Assembly: GCA_045837725.1 (NCBI GenBank)
Contig: JBEWZL010000276.1
Location: 248,001 to 312,000 of the forward strand
Length of the DNA stretch: 64,000 bases
Source: Vermamoeba vermiformis
Taxonomy: Eukaryota
Direction of reading: 5' to 3'
Position 1 is the stretch's first letter. The number at the start of each line of letters is the position of its first letter. The notes under the pieces were generated by a model. That model had not been told where the DNA came from. It ran no database searches and saw only the letters and a program-made list of their open reading frames with translations. Positions 29,701 through 42,407 of the stretch are shown here, in pieces. The position numbers were made by a program, and so were the translations under genes.

Positions 29701-30660
29701 TTGAAATCGAGGAGGGCAAACATCCCATCGTTGAGGCACTTATTAACGAGCCCTTCGTGCCCAATGGCATCGAGTTCAAAGAAGATGGTCAGAAGTGCAT
29801 CATTGTCACCGGTCCTAACATGGGTGGCAAGAGCTGTTTCGCGAGACAAGTGGCTCTGATTGCCATCATGGCACAGATTGGCAGCTTCGTGTCGGCTTCA
29901 CGAGTCAAGCTGTCACCTCTCGATGCTGTCTACACGCGCATGGGTGCTGCAGACAATATGGCCAAGGGTGCCAGCACATTCTTTGTGGAGTTGCAAGAGA
30001 CTGGTCGAGTGTTAGCGCAAGCGACTAAGAACTCACTCGTTATTCTCGATGAGGTATGTATACACACGATGTCGATTGGTCAACAATTTGACACCTGTCA
30101 CAGCTGGGTCGCGGTACTTCAACACACGACGGTGTAGCTATTGCACACGCGGTGCTGTGGTACATCATTGAGCAGCTCAAGTGCTACACCGTGTTCATCA
30201 CGCATTACCCCTCGCTCTCGCAGTTCGAACAGAAATATCCGCACATTGTCGCCAACTATCACATGGCCTTCCTCGAACAGAATGCCGAGCACAACGAGCA
30301 ACAAGAAGAAGACAAGAATCCGTTCAATGAGGACGAAGAGCCACCACAGTACGTAGTTGATATGTAGCTATGTGTCACAGCTAACCTTACCACAGAGTAA
30401 CATTCTTGCATCGCATTGAGCGAGGTGTGCAGAAGAAGAGTTACGGTCTTAATGTCGCATTGCTCGCCAAGTTGCCGCGCGAAGTCGTAAAGCGCGCCTA
30501 TCAATTCAGCAAACAATTAGAACAACGCGTACGACACCATCAGCTGTCACACAACTTTAAGCTCTGCTACAAGCTGTTGACCGCTGCTACTGGCCAATCT
30601 AATGAAAAGCTATTGAAAACTAATGCCACCAAGTTGCTGGATCGGCTCAAAGAAATGTAA
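26766..30660 (+). CDS. MSH3: DNA mismatch repair protein MutS homolog 3
   Basis: N-terminal PIP-box [79 protein letters not shown]. Confidence 0.95.
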
Positions 30661-30726
30661 TTTTGTGACACGTGCTTGTTGTAAATAAGACAGTCATTTT
30701 TTTTGCAAGTAAATGCGAGTACACAC

Positions 30727-33700
30727 ATGAGCTTATTGCTGGATTCTATTATAGCGAGCAAATATCAAAGTTTGACAAATGCTTCTGGGCAGGAGCTGTC
30801 AGATCTGATAAAAGACGTAATCACGCATGGTAATTATTAAAAATTATGACAATATTTTATTCATGATGCACTAGCATAATTATGAAGAGAATAACTACTA
30901 ACTATTATTAATAAAATAGCTATTTCAAGGATCCAGCAAGCAACAGAATTTCCTCCAGTAAAAGAAGAGCTGGAACTTGTCAAAAGCATTTTCCAACCAA
31001 AGGAAGGGGACAGTTTAATAAACAAGGTAACATTTTTACTCTATTTTTCTCCTAATTAATAATTTGTCCAGTACACAACAGCGGATCTGTACAGGCTCAG
31101 CGAAGCTTTTATCGCTGCACATGAGCTCTACGCGGAATGGCTTAAGTTTATAATAGAATTTGTAACGATTGAATGGAGCTATTGTTTTTCAGAAGAAGAC
31201 AAGCACGAGCTGCTGGATCTGTTCTTCGCGCGAGGCTCACCTTCAATCAGCTTCATGACCCTGTGCCAGTCTATTGGCGCAGAACTGAAAGTCAATCAAA
31301 CCAAGCGCGACACTGCCGAGCAAGTCGTGTTGAATGAAGTGAGTCGGTGGCTAGTGCCGTTCACTGAAAACAAATTTGTGCAACTCTTGCTGGAAGTCAA
31401 TACTGACCCCCGCTGCAGTAAGTCAGACAATAAGTGCTCAGTCAAGTATTAATCCCTCGTCAGTGCGACACTGGCCCTTGTTGTTAGTGCTCATCACTTC
31501 GCTCGGTGATCGCCTCGTCAATCGATTGGCAAGAAAAACTGATCCGCGCTTCTTAACACCACAATATTTTGTGCGCTTATGCGAACAGGTCATAGAGGCC
31601 TTAAAACTCGGCAAATATCACCACCCAGGCAGCGAGAATGAGGTGCAAGTTGACTGGGACCAGCAGTCGGTGATCAACACCTGGTCACAACTCTGTGGCA
31701 AACTGTCCACACTCGGCCACGCAGGTAAGTACATTTGTATATATGGAGTATTTGTATATATAAGGATACTGTGTCCTGCATGGTCACTAACACCCTCGCA
31801 GATACTCTCGTCTCACGTCTAGTTGCGTGGTTGATGTCAGCAGAGTGTCAAAGTGTCACTTGGAAATCTCGACTGGCGAGAATCATTGAACACGTGTCTG
31901 ACAGTCAAACTGAGAACTTCATCGCAGCACTCCTCGCACAATTGAGCCTCCACGACTACCATGCAGGTATGTCATCGCACCGGTGTCGCATTGATATTAA
32001 CAATCACTGCAGCACGTGACACATTGAAAGATCTGCTGGCACTGAGCTGTCACAAGGCCACAGTGCGCTATCAACTGACCAACAAACTGTTGATTCAGCG
32101 TGCGTTAGACCCACTCGCGCACTTGTTGCTCGTTGATTATCTCTACGACACACTGCGTATGTGATGCGCTGACTAAAGCTGTTTCTAATGTCCCTTATTA
32201 GCGCGCGAGATATTCGTGCAAACACTGCTTGAAATAGCTACAATATGGTCGCGTCAACATGTCACCGAGGCACAGCTGATCATTCTCACACGCGCACTTG
32301 GCCGAGGACTGGCACGACTAGGCTCAGAGTCACAGCACGAAATGAGACTGTTGACAACGATATTCGAGGGCGTGTCCACTCACCTCGCCACGCCACCAAG
32401 TGTCACACGTCAGTCAGCTGAGTCCATTGCCGCACTGACCGCACACCTGACCGCGCCTGACATCACTCCGCCGTTCGAAAATAAACCACCACTTGCACTC
32501 GGAATTGGAGACGACTGGCTCACTGTCACTGTGCCACCTGTCATCAAATTAGAGAACAAAATCAGTGAAAATGTCCCTAACAATACGGGGTTGCCAGTCC
32601 GCCAGCCAAATCAGCCAAAACAAACAAAAAAATCACACGTCCAACGAGACACCGATCCCGATCAACTGTACTTGAATGACGGTGAAGACAGGTATATCAG
32701 GATAAGCTATTGCAACTATTCTAACGCTCGATCTGACTGACACCTTTCACAGCGACGACAGTTTGCCAGAGTTCACGGACACAGAAGACATATCAGATCT
32801 GAGTGATGTCAAAGTGCCAGTGTATCTGCGCGACTGTTTGAACAACTTGATGAGTGACGAGCCAGATCTCTTAGAAGTCACCTTGCACAATCTAGCTGCG
32901 CTCATTCGTCGTGCTCCCGATGATTTGGACGAGTTGAGCGTGCCCATTGCCAGTGCACTGCTTCATCTCAACAATGAATATCAACTGCGCGACTTTGACA
33001 GGTGTCTCACTGACAGCTTGACGGCTCTGATTGCTGGCAGTACTGTCAAAGTGGTCACATTTATCACAGCACAGTTCTACGCTGCAAACTACTCGCTGCA
33101 ACAGCGCATGTTGATGCTCGATGTGTTGGCTCGTGGTGCGCGTGAATTAAGTGCGCTGCCCAAGCCTTCAAGCACTAGCCTCAATGAGCCTCGCAACACA
33201 CAACTTACACTCGCTTCGCACGCTATCTCAGTGACACGCGTCAACACGCGTCCAACTCCGCCCAAAACAGCTGTCAACAAATTCGCCCCTCACGCAGGGC
33301 TGTTCATCTACCCCTTGCTGCAACACTATGACCGCAAGTCCGCCTTGTTAGATTTGTACAACCAGGACGGCATTGTGCTCGGTCAACTGCTCTATTCACT
33401 CGGTGTATTCGTCGAGTGTCTCAACGGCAATGCTGCAGCACCAGTGTTGTTGCAAATATCACACGCACTGCTCGAAGTAGTGTGGGCCTTGCGTCATAAT
33501 CCAGCACTCACTGTACGCCGAGCACTGCTCTACTTGTGCGTGACAATGAGCTCTGCACTTCCCCTCGCAGTGCTCAGTGCCGATGAACTGCGCGGTGAGT
33601 GGAGTGAACTGCTGGCTTGGGGCGTGAGTGTAGTGAAAGACGATGCTGATGAAGACTGTCGCGTGCTGGCCACTGCTCTCGTGACCAAATTAGTGCAACT

Positions 33701-33734
33701 GATCGATCAGAATGCACTGCAATTAGACGCCTAG
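30727..33734 (+). CDS. TELO2: Telomere length regulation protein TEL2 homolog (TTT complex)
   Basis: EDSDDSLPEF (DSDD motif split by an intron), VPVYLRDCLNNL, FYAANYSLQQRMLMLDVLARGAREL, NKFAPHAGLFIYPLL, DADEDCRVLA. Confidence 0.88.
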
Positions 33735-34033
33735 TGCTTTATTGGTATCATGCACATGGGGAGTTGATTGGCAGTCCAAACCGATTGGCAATCTTTGTTC
33801 GTTAAACCGAATAACATATCATTTGTGCTAGTCTCCAATGCAGATCTGTCAACCACGACAGTTGAAAAAGGCCTCGACAAGTCAGACAAGTCGTGTCAGA
33901 TATTCAACAATGAAGCAAAGAACTTTTGGTTTTCAACAAGTAGTACGTGGATGAATGCTGTATTCAGTAAACGGGATGTTTTATTTTCATCGCGCGATAC
34001 CAAGCACAATGAAAAACAATACACGTTGTGTGC

Positions 34034-35736
34034 TTAGTACTTGGGGTCCTCAGCACGCAATCTACCCGAGTTGCACATGTTGATCATGTTGTAAGGATAG
34101 GGCTCAACGAATCTAGAGGCCTCCGTCAACTGTTGCATCTGTTCGGCGCTCAATGTGAAGAGAGCAGCGCCGCAGTTATCTTCAAGCTGTTTCATATTAC
34201 GAGCACCAATGATAGTTGCACCAACTGAAGGTCTTTGCATGACCCATCTAATAGCAGACGTACGGGTCAGAGCGAACTTAAAATAATATTAATAATCGAC
34301 GCGTACCTCAATGAGACTTGAGCCATAGACTTGTTGAGTTGTTTAGCAATCTCTTCAACCTTGTCCAGCACCTTCCAAGTGACAGGGTTCGAGGCCCAAT
34401 ATTGATAGCTCGTAATGTCCCAGCCAGTCTGCAGTCATTGATTAATATTACCATATTTGGTAATTATATTGGGCGGGACTTACTTGATCGGAATGGGCGA
34501 CACGACTCTCAGTCATATCAGTAGGCGCTTCATCCTTCTTGTAACGACCAGTCAACCAGCCACCTGCACAAAGATCAGAATTGAATTCGCGATTTCAAAA
34601 TGCATTCCAGTACGACACCTTTTAATGGAGACCAAGGCAAGATGGACAAACGCTCGTGATGGGCGACTTGGAACTAATTAACAGGTCAGTGGACTGCTAT
34701 AACTATGTTGTTCATTAATAGCACATTTATCTTACCGTTTCGAGCTCTGAAAATCGATCGAGCAAGTTGTACTGTTGTTGCACCGAGGCAAACACTAGAA
34801 GAAAGAGTCAACCAATTGATATGACAACAATGTGTGTTGCTATATCACTTACTCTCGAGGCCCATTTGTTTAGACAAATCGATCGCCTTTTGCAATTGCC
34901 AGCCACTGAAATTGCTGCAGCCAATGTAACGGATCTTGCCGCTGTTACAAATTGGTCATTAACTTCACTAGACGAGCTAGTTGTGCTTACATTCGGACGA
35001 GATCGTTGAGAGTCATCAAAGTCTCTCTCAATGGAGCACCAGCGTCCCACAAGTGCACCTACAGCAAAGTGTTGAGCACGTGTCATCATAATTCGGGGAC
35101 CAGTCTTACTTGATACAAGTCGATGTAGTCAGTTTGCAAATTGTTCAACGAGGATTCTACGGCTTCAATAATGTGCTTGCGCGAGAGACCGCCATCGTTA
35201 GGACCAAATCCAGTTTCGAAACGCCCTTTGTACGGTCAATAGGTGACTTTAAATTAATTAGATTTACCCTTGGTGGCAATGACCATTTCCTTTCTTACAC
35301 CGTTCTTCTTTACCCAGTCACCCACTAAAGTAATGGTCAAAACTATTTTCGGATCAAGCTGATCGCAAAAATTTTACCAATTTTTTCGGAGTGGTTAGGA
35401 CCATAGACATCAGCAGTATCGAGGAAATTACCGCCAAACTCTCGATATCTGTCCATGAGCTTAAAACTAGTCTCTAGAAGGCAATTAACAACCAATTAAT
35501 GCAATGCAAGACGTTTACCTTCGTCGCAAGTAGGAATGCCATAATTATCGCTTGCGCCAAAGGTCATTGTTCCTAGATTTCATAATAAATAATTAATTCA
35601 TCAATTAAGTTTTAATTAAAACTTGTTTGCGGACAGGACACGATCCAAGGAGAGCGCACTTACCGAGACAAATCTCGGAGACCTTAAGGCCAGTGTGACC
35701 CAAATAATTATAATCGAATCTCTTCTTTTGTGCCAT
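34034..35736 (-). CDS. Aldo/keto reductase, intact across many short exons
   Basis: [95 protein letters not shown]. Confidence 0.92.
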
Positions 35737-36032
35737 GGTGGTGCTGTTGTTGCGCTCCTTTTTGTTCTGGTGAAAGAAGTGACACGTCAAACAAGAGTCG
35801 AAAAGTCACGTGCAAATTCTTGAGAAAGGGACCTGGCTCCACAATCGGAGGATCGACATACAAGCAGGTGTATTTGGGCGTGGTACTGTCCAACTAGTAA
35901 TAAAGCCAGCTACATTTCTGGAATTGCTAGTCGGATACTTTGTCAATAGCCGCGTTGAAAATGTTCGCTACTTTATTACAGGTGCATCCGAACAATTTGA
36001 AATTACACTTCGGATGAGTTTAAATACAGTTA

Positions 36033-39000
36033 TTATCTCGATGGTGCAAGGCTTAAATGCCTTTGAATCGTCGTCGGAGCTCTATATTCAGTCCTCGTAA
36101 TCACTCCGCGCATGGCTTCAATCACTGGCGCAGTCAACTGCAGCGCTGCTTTGCAATGTGCACTGTACGACACGTTAGCTATGCACAACACACTAGCCAG
36201 GGCTACTTACAAGAAGGCAATGATAATGTCGAGCAGTTCGTTGTCCCTGTCCGCAGTGTAGCCAGCAGCGAATATCGAGTCCATAAAGTGCTCGGCATCG
36301 TTGAAGCAGGCCAACAGCTCGATCAGCACTGCTTGCAAGTACGCTTGGTCTGACGTCTTGGCCAGCACGGGCAAATAGGGCGCAATGGACTTGACGAGCA
36401 ACAGCAAGTGTGCCACCGAATTGATGGGCTGATTGGCGCGTTGACTCATCGGATCCACATCGCGAATCTGGCGCAGAATAGTGACGTAATTGAGCAGTGT
36501 GTCGGGACTGGCTAGACTGTAGTAGGAGTGCACTAGCCACAACAGCCGCTCTTCAGTGGTGCCAGCACTCATCGACACCGTGGCCAGATTTGACACGGTG
36601 CCATCGCTGTGTGCCACTGAACTGTGGGCGGGCACCAGAAATGTCACGTGATCAATGCTCGAGGCCTCTTGCCACCGCCAGGCCCACGAGCAGCCATTCA
36701 ACAGCGAGTCACGTATCGAGCGGTGATAGAGCACTAACTGTCGCTCGAATTCGTCTTGAAATGCGCGAGGCAAGAGCGCGAACAACTTGCCGAGCTGTTT
36801 GGGCCACTGCACGAGCTGTTGCGGCGTGAATATCCACAGCGGCGTGCGAGGGTTGGCGGCATTGGTGACTGCCATCAGCTCAATGGCTGCGCAGGTGTAC
36901 TGGTGCTGCACTGTGTTCACACCACCGAGCTCTTCGAATGCACTCCAAATAGAGGCCTCAGCGCCCTGGTCGATGATGTGCAGTGTGGCGAGCAGATCGT
37001 TGAAGTACTGCTCGGTGAGATCGATCTCGGACATGTTTTGCAAGAACTGGTGCAGCAAATGGGACGTGAAGGACACTTTGGATTGCACTGCGCATGACAC
37101 GTGTCAAACAAGCACTTGCACGGCATGAGCACTTACCTAAGAGCTGGAAGAAGATCAATTTGCCACTCGTGTCCGGTCTGACCGAGCTGAATGCAGGGGC
37201 CTCGTAATAATAGAACAGTGTCTCGTACAAGAAGGTGAGTGCTGCAGGATGATAGCGGTACAGTGTGCTGTAGTACTCCATCAGATAGTTGAGGAAGTCT
37301 GTCTGATCCACTTCGATCAAGCGACCAATCAGATAGTCCAGCACGGGCAGCAGATTCAAGTACGTGTTGCTGTAGTAGCTGCTCAGCGGTGTGTTGGTCG
37401 CCGTGCGCACATAACGGCCTGGGAACTTGGCCAAGAACTCGCGCAGCTTGTGCGGCTCATCTTCGCGCCAGTGATCGACATTGGGCTGCAGTGCAATGAA
37501 TGCGTCGCGACAGGCGAGAATGGTGGGCTCCTTGCACAACAAGTACTCGATGAGCTGAATGGCCGTGTTGAATCGATTCACTGCGGCATTGTGCTGCGTG
37601 TCCAGGGCACGGGGCAGCACGAGACTGTCAGCGAGGGCCAGCAGCACGGTGTGCAGTGACAGCACCGCGTGGTCCCAGATCAAGTGTCCCAACTTCTGCG
37701 CCGTGAGCTCCAACTGCTCAGCATTCACCTCGCCACTCGCGAACTGTTCGGCAGTGAGTGTGTCGAGCACGTAGTCCACGAGCCAGTAGCTCAACTTGCT
37801 CCAGCGCTGCGGGGTGATGGTGTGCATGAGCTCATTCACGTGCAGCTTGTTGAGCAGCAGCACCGTGGCGGGGGTGATCACTGGATGTGCGCGCAGTAGG
37901 ATGGGCAACAAATAGAGCTGCTTCTCTTCCTTGCTGAAGTACTCGCGCAGTTGTGTCTCGTTCAGACTCATCACGAGGCGCAGCTCTTCATTCACGCGAT
38001 CACTGTTGGTGGGCAGATAGACACGTGCCTTGTCCTGGTAGAAGGACTGCACCACTTTGGGGAACAGCGCACTGGTCTCCACGGGCCACACGTGTCCAGT
38101 GAGTTGGTGCAGCTGCGTCAGATGTGCGTGCAGTTCAGACACGTGTTGCATGTCACGCAGTCCGCGCAGCTTGATGGTGCGAGCCAATGCGAGGGTGAGC
38201 ATGCGATTGACTGGCTCGCCGTAGTCCTGACGCGTGTCATCGAGGGGCTCGGGCACAGAGACCATCTCGTGCTTCTTCTTAAAGTAGTACGGGTCGTGGA
38301 GATGCATCGCAAGACGCAGTGCGAGTGACTGCAAGCTGTCGTAGATCTGTGCGTGCGTGGTGAGTGCGAGATGACGCAGCACGTGATTGAGCAAGTGATC
38401 GTGCATGTCCTGACTGAGCATGAAGCGGTACAAGCGGTGCGTGAACAGCTCGGTCAACATGTGCAGCCGCGCCTGTTCAGCCTTGTAGTAGTGTTCGAGC
38501 AGTGTCTGGTGGCTCTGCGCGGGCAAGTAGTACACGAGTCGCACGTACGTCTCCAGCGCACTCAGCGGCACTGAATCGAGCTGCGCATTGCCCAGCGTGC
38601 CCTCGAGCAGGTGAATCAGTCTGTAGCGACATCGCAGCGCGAGTGTGGCGAGAAATGCAGTGGAGTAGAGCATGGCCGGCAGCGTGGCGGTGGGTGGCGA
38701 GTAGGTGGTGACATTGGCGGGCAGTTGCGCGAGGACAGAGCGCAGTGCAGTCTGGTGGTGCTCGGTGTCGATCTTCAAGTTGTTCTCGAACAGATTGAAC
38801 ACTTGTTGAAAGCCCTGCGAGCTGAAGGCGCAGATCTTGTTCTGCAGCGTGACATCGATCTTGCGGAAGTTGCCAGACTGCTTGATGTCTTGAAACAGCT
38901 GCTTGTAGAGCTCGCTGATGTGATGAATGTGCTTCTCAATCTGTTTGTGGCTGTGCTTCTTGATCTCGGCATTCAGCGCGGCACTTGGTCTGCCCCACAG

Positions 39001-39678
39001 CCAGCACAGCGGCACTTCACGCGGCTCAAACAGCACGCCGTCCTCGCACTGCTTCTCGTTGAAGAACTTGATCGTCGCACTCATCAGCGCACTGATCGTG
39101 TCGTGCGTGGAGAGTGTCTTCATCTTGTCCAACAGCGTGCACTGGCCGATGATCCAGATCACCGCATTGTCCTGCACGCCGCGGCGGAGAATGCGCTTGG
39201 CGAGCTTGTCAATGTCAATCAGTCCTGCCTCCACGCCGTGAAACACAATGTCGCCCAAGTACTGCCACTGTCCCCACCACGCCTCCCACTGGAAGTCGAG
39301 ACTCGTGCGGCCCTTGTCATCGCCGCTCACACTCGCGACCACTTGCGGAATGCGCGTCAGTTGCACGATCCGATCTGCCAGGGCCTCGCTCACAGCGTCA
39401 TCGCCCAGTGTTGCCAGTATCTCGCGCTGACGAGGACCCCACGCCCCACCATAGCCACCCTGTGCCAGTACGCGCTGGGCGTGCACTCGGCGTTGTGTCA
39501 CATGCCGCTGCTTCGCCCGCGCTTGGGCACGCAGTTCTACTTGTTCGGGGCTGAGTGTACCGTCTTGCAGCCACCCTTTCCAAAAGTACTTCCATTGCAC
39601 GCCTGTGTAACCGTCTTGATTCACTGTAGTCTCCCACAGCATGGAGCTACGATCACCGTCCGTATTCATCTGCTGCAT
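36033..39678 (-). CDS. MED23: Mediator complex subunit 23
   Basis: ALETYVRLVYY, EPVNRMLTLALARTIK and PLSSYYSNTYLNLLPVLDYLIGRLIE...YSTLYRYHPAALTFLYETLFYY match MED23 motifs; ~2.5 kb first exon; C-terminal frame uncertain. Confidence 0.8.
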
Positions 39679-40509
39679 GGTCAATTTATTGGATTTTTTG
39701 ATAATTATTATGACAATTATTTATTTTATTGGCCTACTCGTTATGAAGCGCTGATTATTAATTATTGTTGTATGCACTTTATAGAACTTTGTACCTGCTT
39801 AAATATCTTATGCGCGGAACATGAGACTGGTCGATGGGTGTGTTGTGTCAAGACAAAATTGATAAACACTAGTTTGTTTTTGATTGACAAGCACAAATCG
39901 CCACAGCCATGAGGTCATCGAGTACGCAGCAAAATACCAGTATTTATTTGCGGAAGATACCCTGACACATGCACACACTCTCACTAGATCCAATTGGGAC
40001 TTTGATTGCGCAATCATTGGCGTCCGATCGGTAAACAACTACAAAAAATTTTGTTTTGATAAATACAATTATAAGTATTTAAGCCTCTAATTCGTAGCTT
40101 ATTTAGAATTTTATGCGTTTTTTATTTTATTTTTATTTATTTTTGGTTTTATTGTCTCGATTTTGGTTTCATTGTAATTATACGCAGAGTGCTAATTTTT
40201 CTATAATTCAAAACTACTTGTTCATTTTATTCTCTAAGACCTTACGTTCGTTGATTATGTTTCGTTGCAGCTATTATCGCGGTCCTATTTTATTGTACTA
40301 GGCTTAGCTGAGCTCTAGCGAGCGGTTGACAATTAGAGCCGCACTATTCGATGCCATTCCACGCACCATTTAATGCCACACTGGTCAGTTGACGTGCGTA
40401 AGAAAGTGAAGCCTGAACTATTTTTAGACGCGTTACGCACTCAGATTGATTTACGCAACATACTTAATCTTGCAGCCATATACCTCGCTAACACACATCA
40501 TAAAGAGCA

Positions 40510-42265
40510 ATGTGGCTATTAGTAGCATCAGCACTTCTAGTTGTGGTGCTAGTGCGCTGTCTCAAGCCCAATACAGGCCCACTCGCGCACTTCAAAGGCA
40601 TCTCTGTGTGGGAGGTCTTCGTGCTCAAGAACATCCATCCGCGCGTGACAGCGCTGCGACAGGAACACTTGGTCTGCATGCACACACCTGCCTTCTCTGC
40701 ACTCTTAGCGACCACTCCTGAAGCTGCCAAGGTACGTGCACACTCCTTCGTGCGTGGATCTAATGCTCAGCTCGCAGTTTGTATTATCAGATACGACGAG
40801 CTTTCCAAAGACTACGCGAAAGATGTTCCCTAAACAAGACGACTACTTGCTCTTCGACAAAAATATTCTCGTCGACAACGGCGATAAGTGGCGGTAAGTT
40901 AGCTTGACTCTAGTGTGTCATATTTAGGCTCAATCGTACATACTATAGAAAATATCGTAACACTCTCTCACCGCCATTCCATTTTGATGCGGTCAAACAG
41001 TGGATCCCGCACTTCCACCAACTCACGCTGGAGCTCATCCAACACTGGCTGCCCTTGGTGTCGCGCAACGAGTCCATTGACATATCGCGCTGGCTGCCTT
41101 TGTTCACTTTCGATGTGCTGGGCACCACTGTGTTGGGCAGATCTTTCGATGCGATGAAAGGCAGGGGCGACAAAGAGTTGACTGCGCTCTCCGTGCTATT
41201 GCAGAGTGGTGTTCGACCTTCAATTATGGTCATGGCACTGGTAAGCATAGGCGTTTGCATATATAGCTTGACATCTCGTATTTGTAGCTGGAGAAATTAA
41301 CGGGTATTACCTTATTGAACGACGTGTATCGCAATCTGGACATTTTGGACAAATTCTTCATCGAGATCATCAACGTACGTGCTTATATATGTTATGTACA
41401 CTGACGGCAATGCGTCTAATAATGGGCTAGTCTCGCAAAAACAAGCAGACAAACAACGGAACATTTGACTTGATTGACGTCATGGTGCGTGCTCACGATC
41501 CAACTTGGAGTGATCACGAGGCAAGTAGCGCGTTAGTGCCACACCAGTACTCAGCCCTCATTTCATCAGCTCGTGTCCAATGCGCTCATCATGTTCGTAG
41601 CAGGCCATGAAACTACATCTTCGGCATTGACTTGGTTGTTCTACCACTTGGCGCAGAACAAAGGTGTGCAAGACAAAGCCATCGATAAAGTGCAACGCGT
41701 GTTGAAGGGCAGACCAGTCGATCAAGAGTCGCTGAAAGAGTTGGTCTACATGCAGCACGTCATCAAAGAGAATCTGCGCATGCAACCGCCGTTGTTGATG
41801 GCTTCGATGCGCATGGCTGAGACGGATATGATGTACGAAGGCAAGGCCATTCCCAAAGGAGTAAGTGCCGCAACGAGTGTCTTCATATATTAATTGACAG
41901 TCAACCTGCTCAGACTCGTGTTAGTGTTGATATTTACGCGATCCATCATTCACCCGAATACTGGGATCAGCCCGAAGAATTCAATCCCGATCGATTCAAC
42001 AAGCCCACGGTGCCCTTCAGCTACCTACCCTTCTCACTCAAGTCACGTGCTTGGTAAGGCGCTATTCTATCTCACGCGTTAACTGACGAATTGGTTCCCC
42101 TGAAGCCTCGGAAATCAGTTCTCATTGGTGGAACAAGCGGTGTTCTTTGCGACCTTCCTGCAGCACTACAAAGTGAATGACATTCGCGCATTTCATCCTT
42201 ATGTGGGCAATCACCCAGCCTTCAATCAGCCAAAAGAACTCAAAGTCAGCTTGATGCAAGTGTAA
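40510..42265 (+). CDS. Cytochrome P450 with N-terminal membrane anchor
   Basis: NGDKWRKYR, I-helix MFVAGHETTS, K-helix ENLR, FNPDRF, heme motif FSLKSRACLG (split by intron); needs a GC-AG intron at 41521-41569. Confidence 0.92.
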
Positions 42266-42407
42266 CGGAAATAAATACAACACAACGGGTAGATTTTCAT
42301 TGGGAATCCTATTGTCAAAAATCAACTACATCTACTGGTTTGAAATCTGGAGCTTGTAGATGCATTCAATGTACATTTATTATTTGGTGTTAAGCTACAT
42401 GACGGCA

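Noticed and set aside
33740-34030. 89-aa ORF or coding-like fragment between TELO2 and the AKR
   Set aside because: Non-ATG start, no motifs, and it lies among convergent 3' ends.
38611-39912. 433-aa + strand ORF, and similar long ORFs at 49610-50575 and 51320-52396
   Set aside because: Antisense shadows of the GC-rich MED23 and DMXL exons; no recognisable motifs.
39820-40310. Possible small spliced + strand gene between MED23 and the P450
   Set aside because: Splice-like signals exist, but there is no recognisable product and no unique model.
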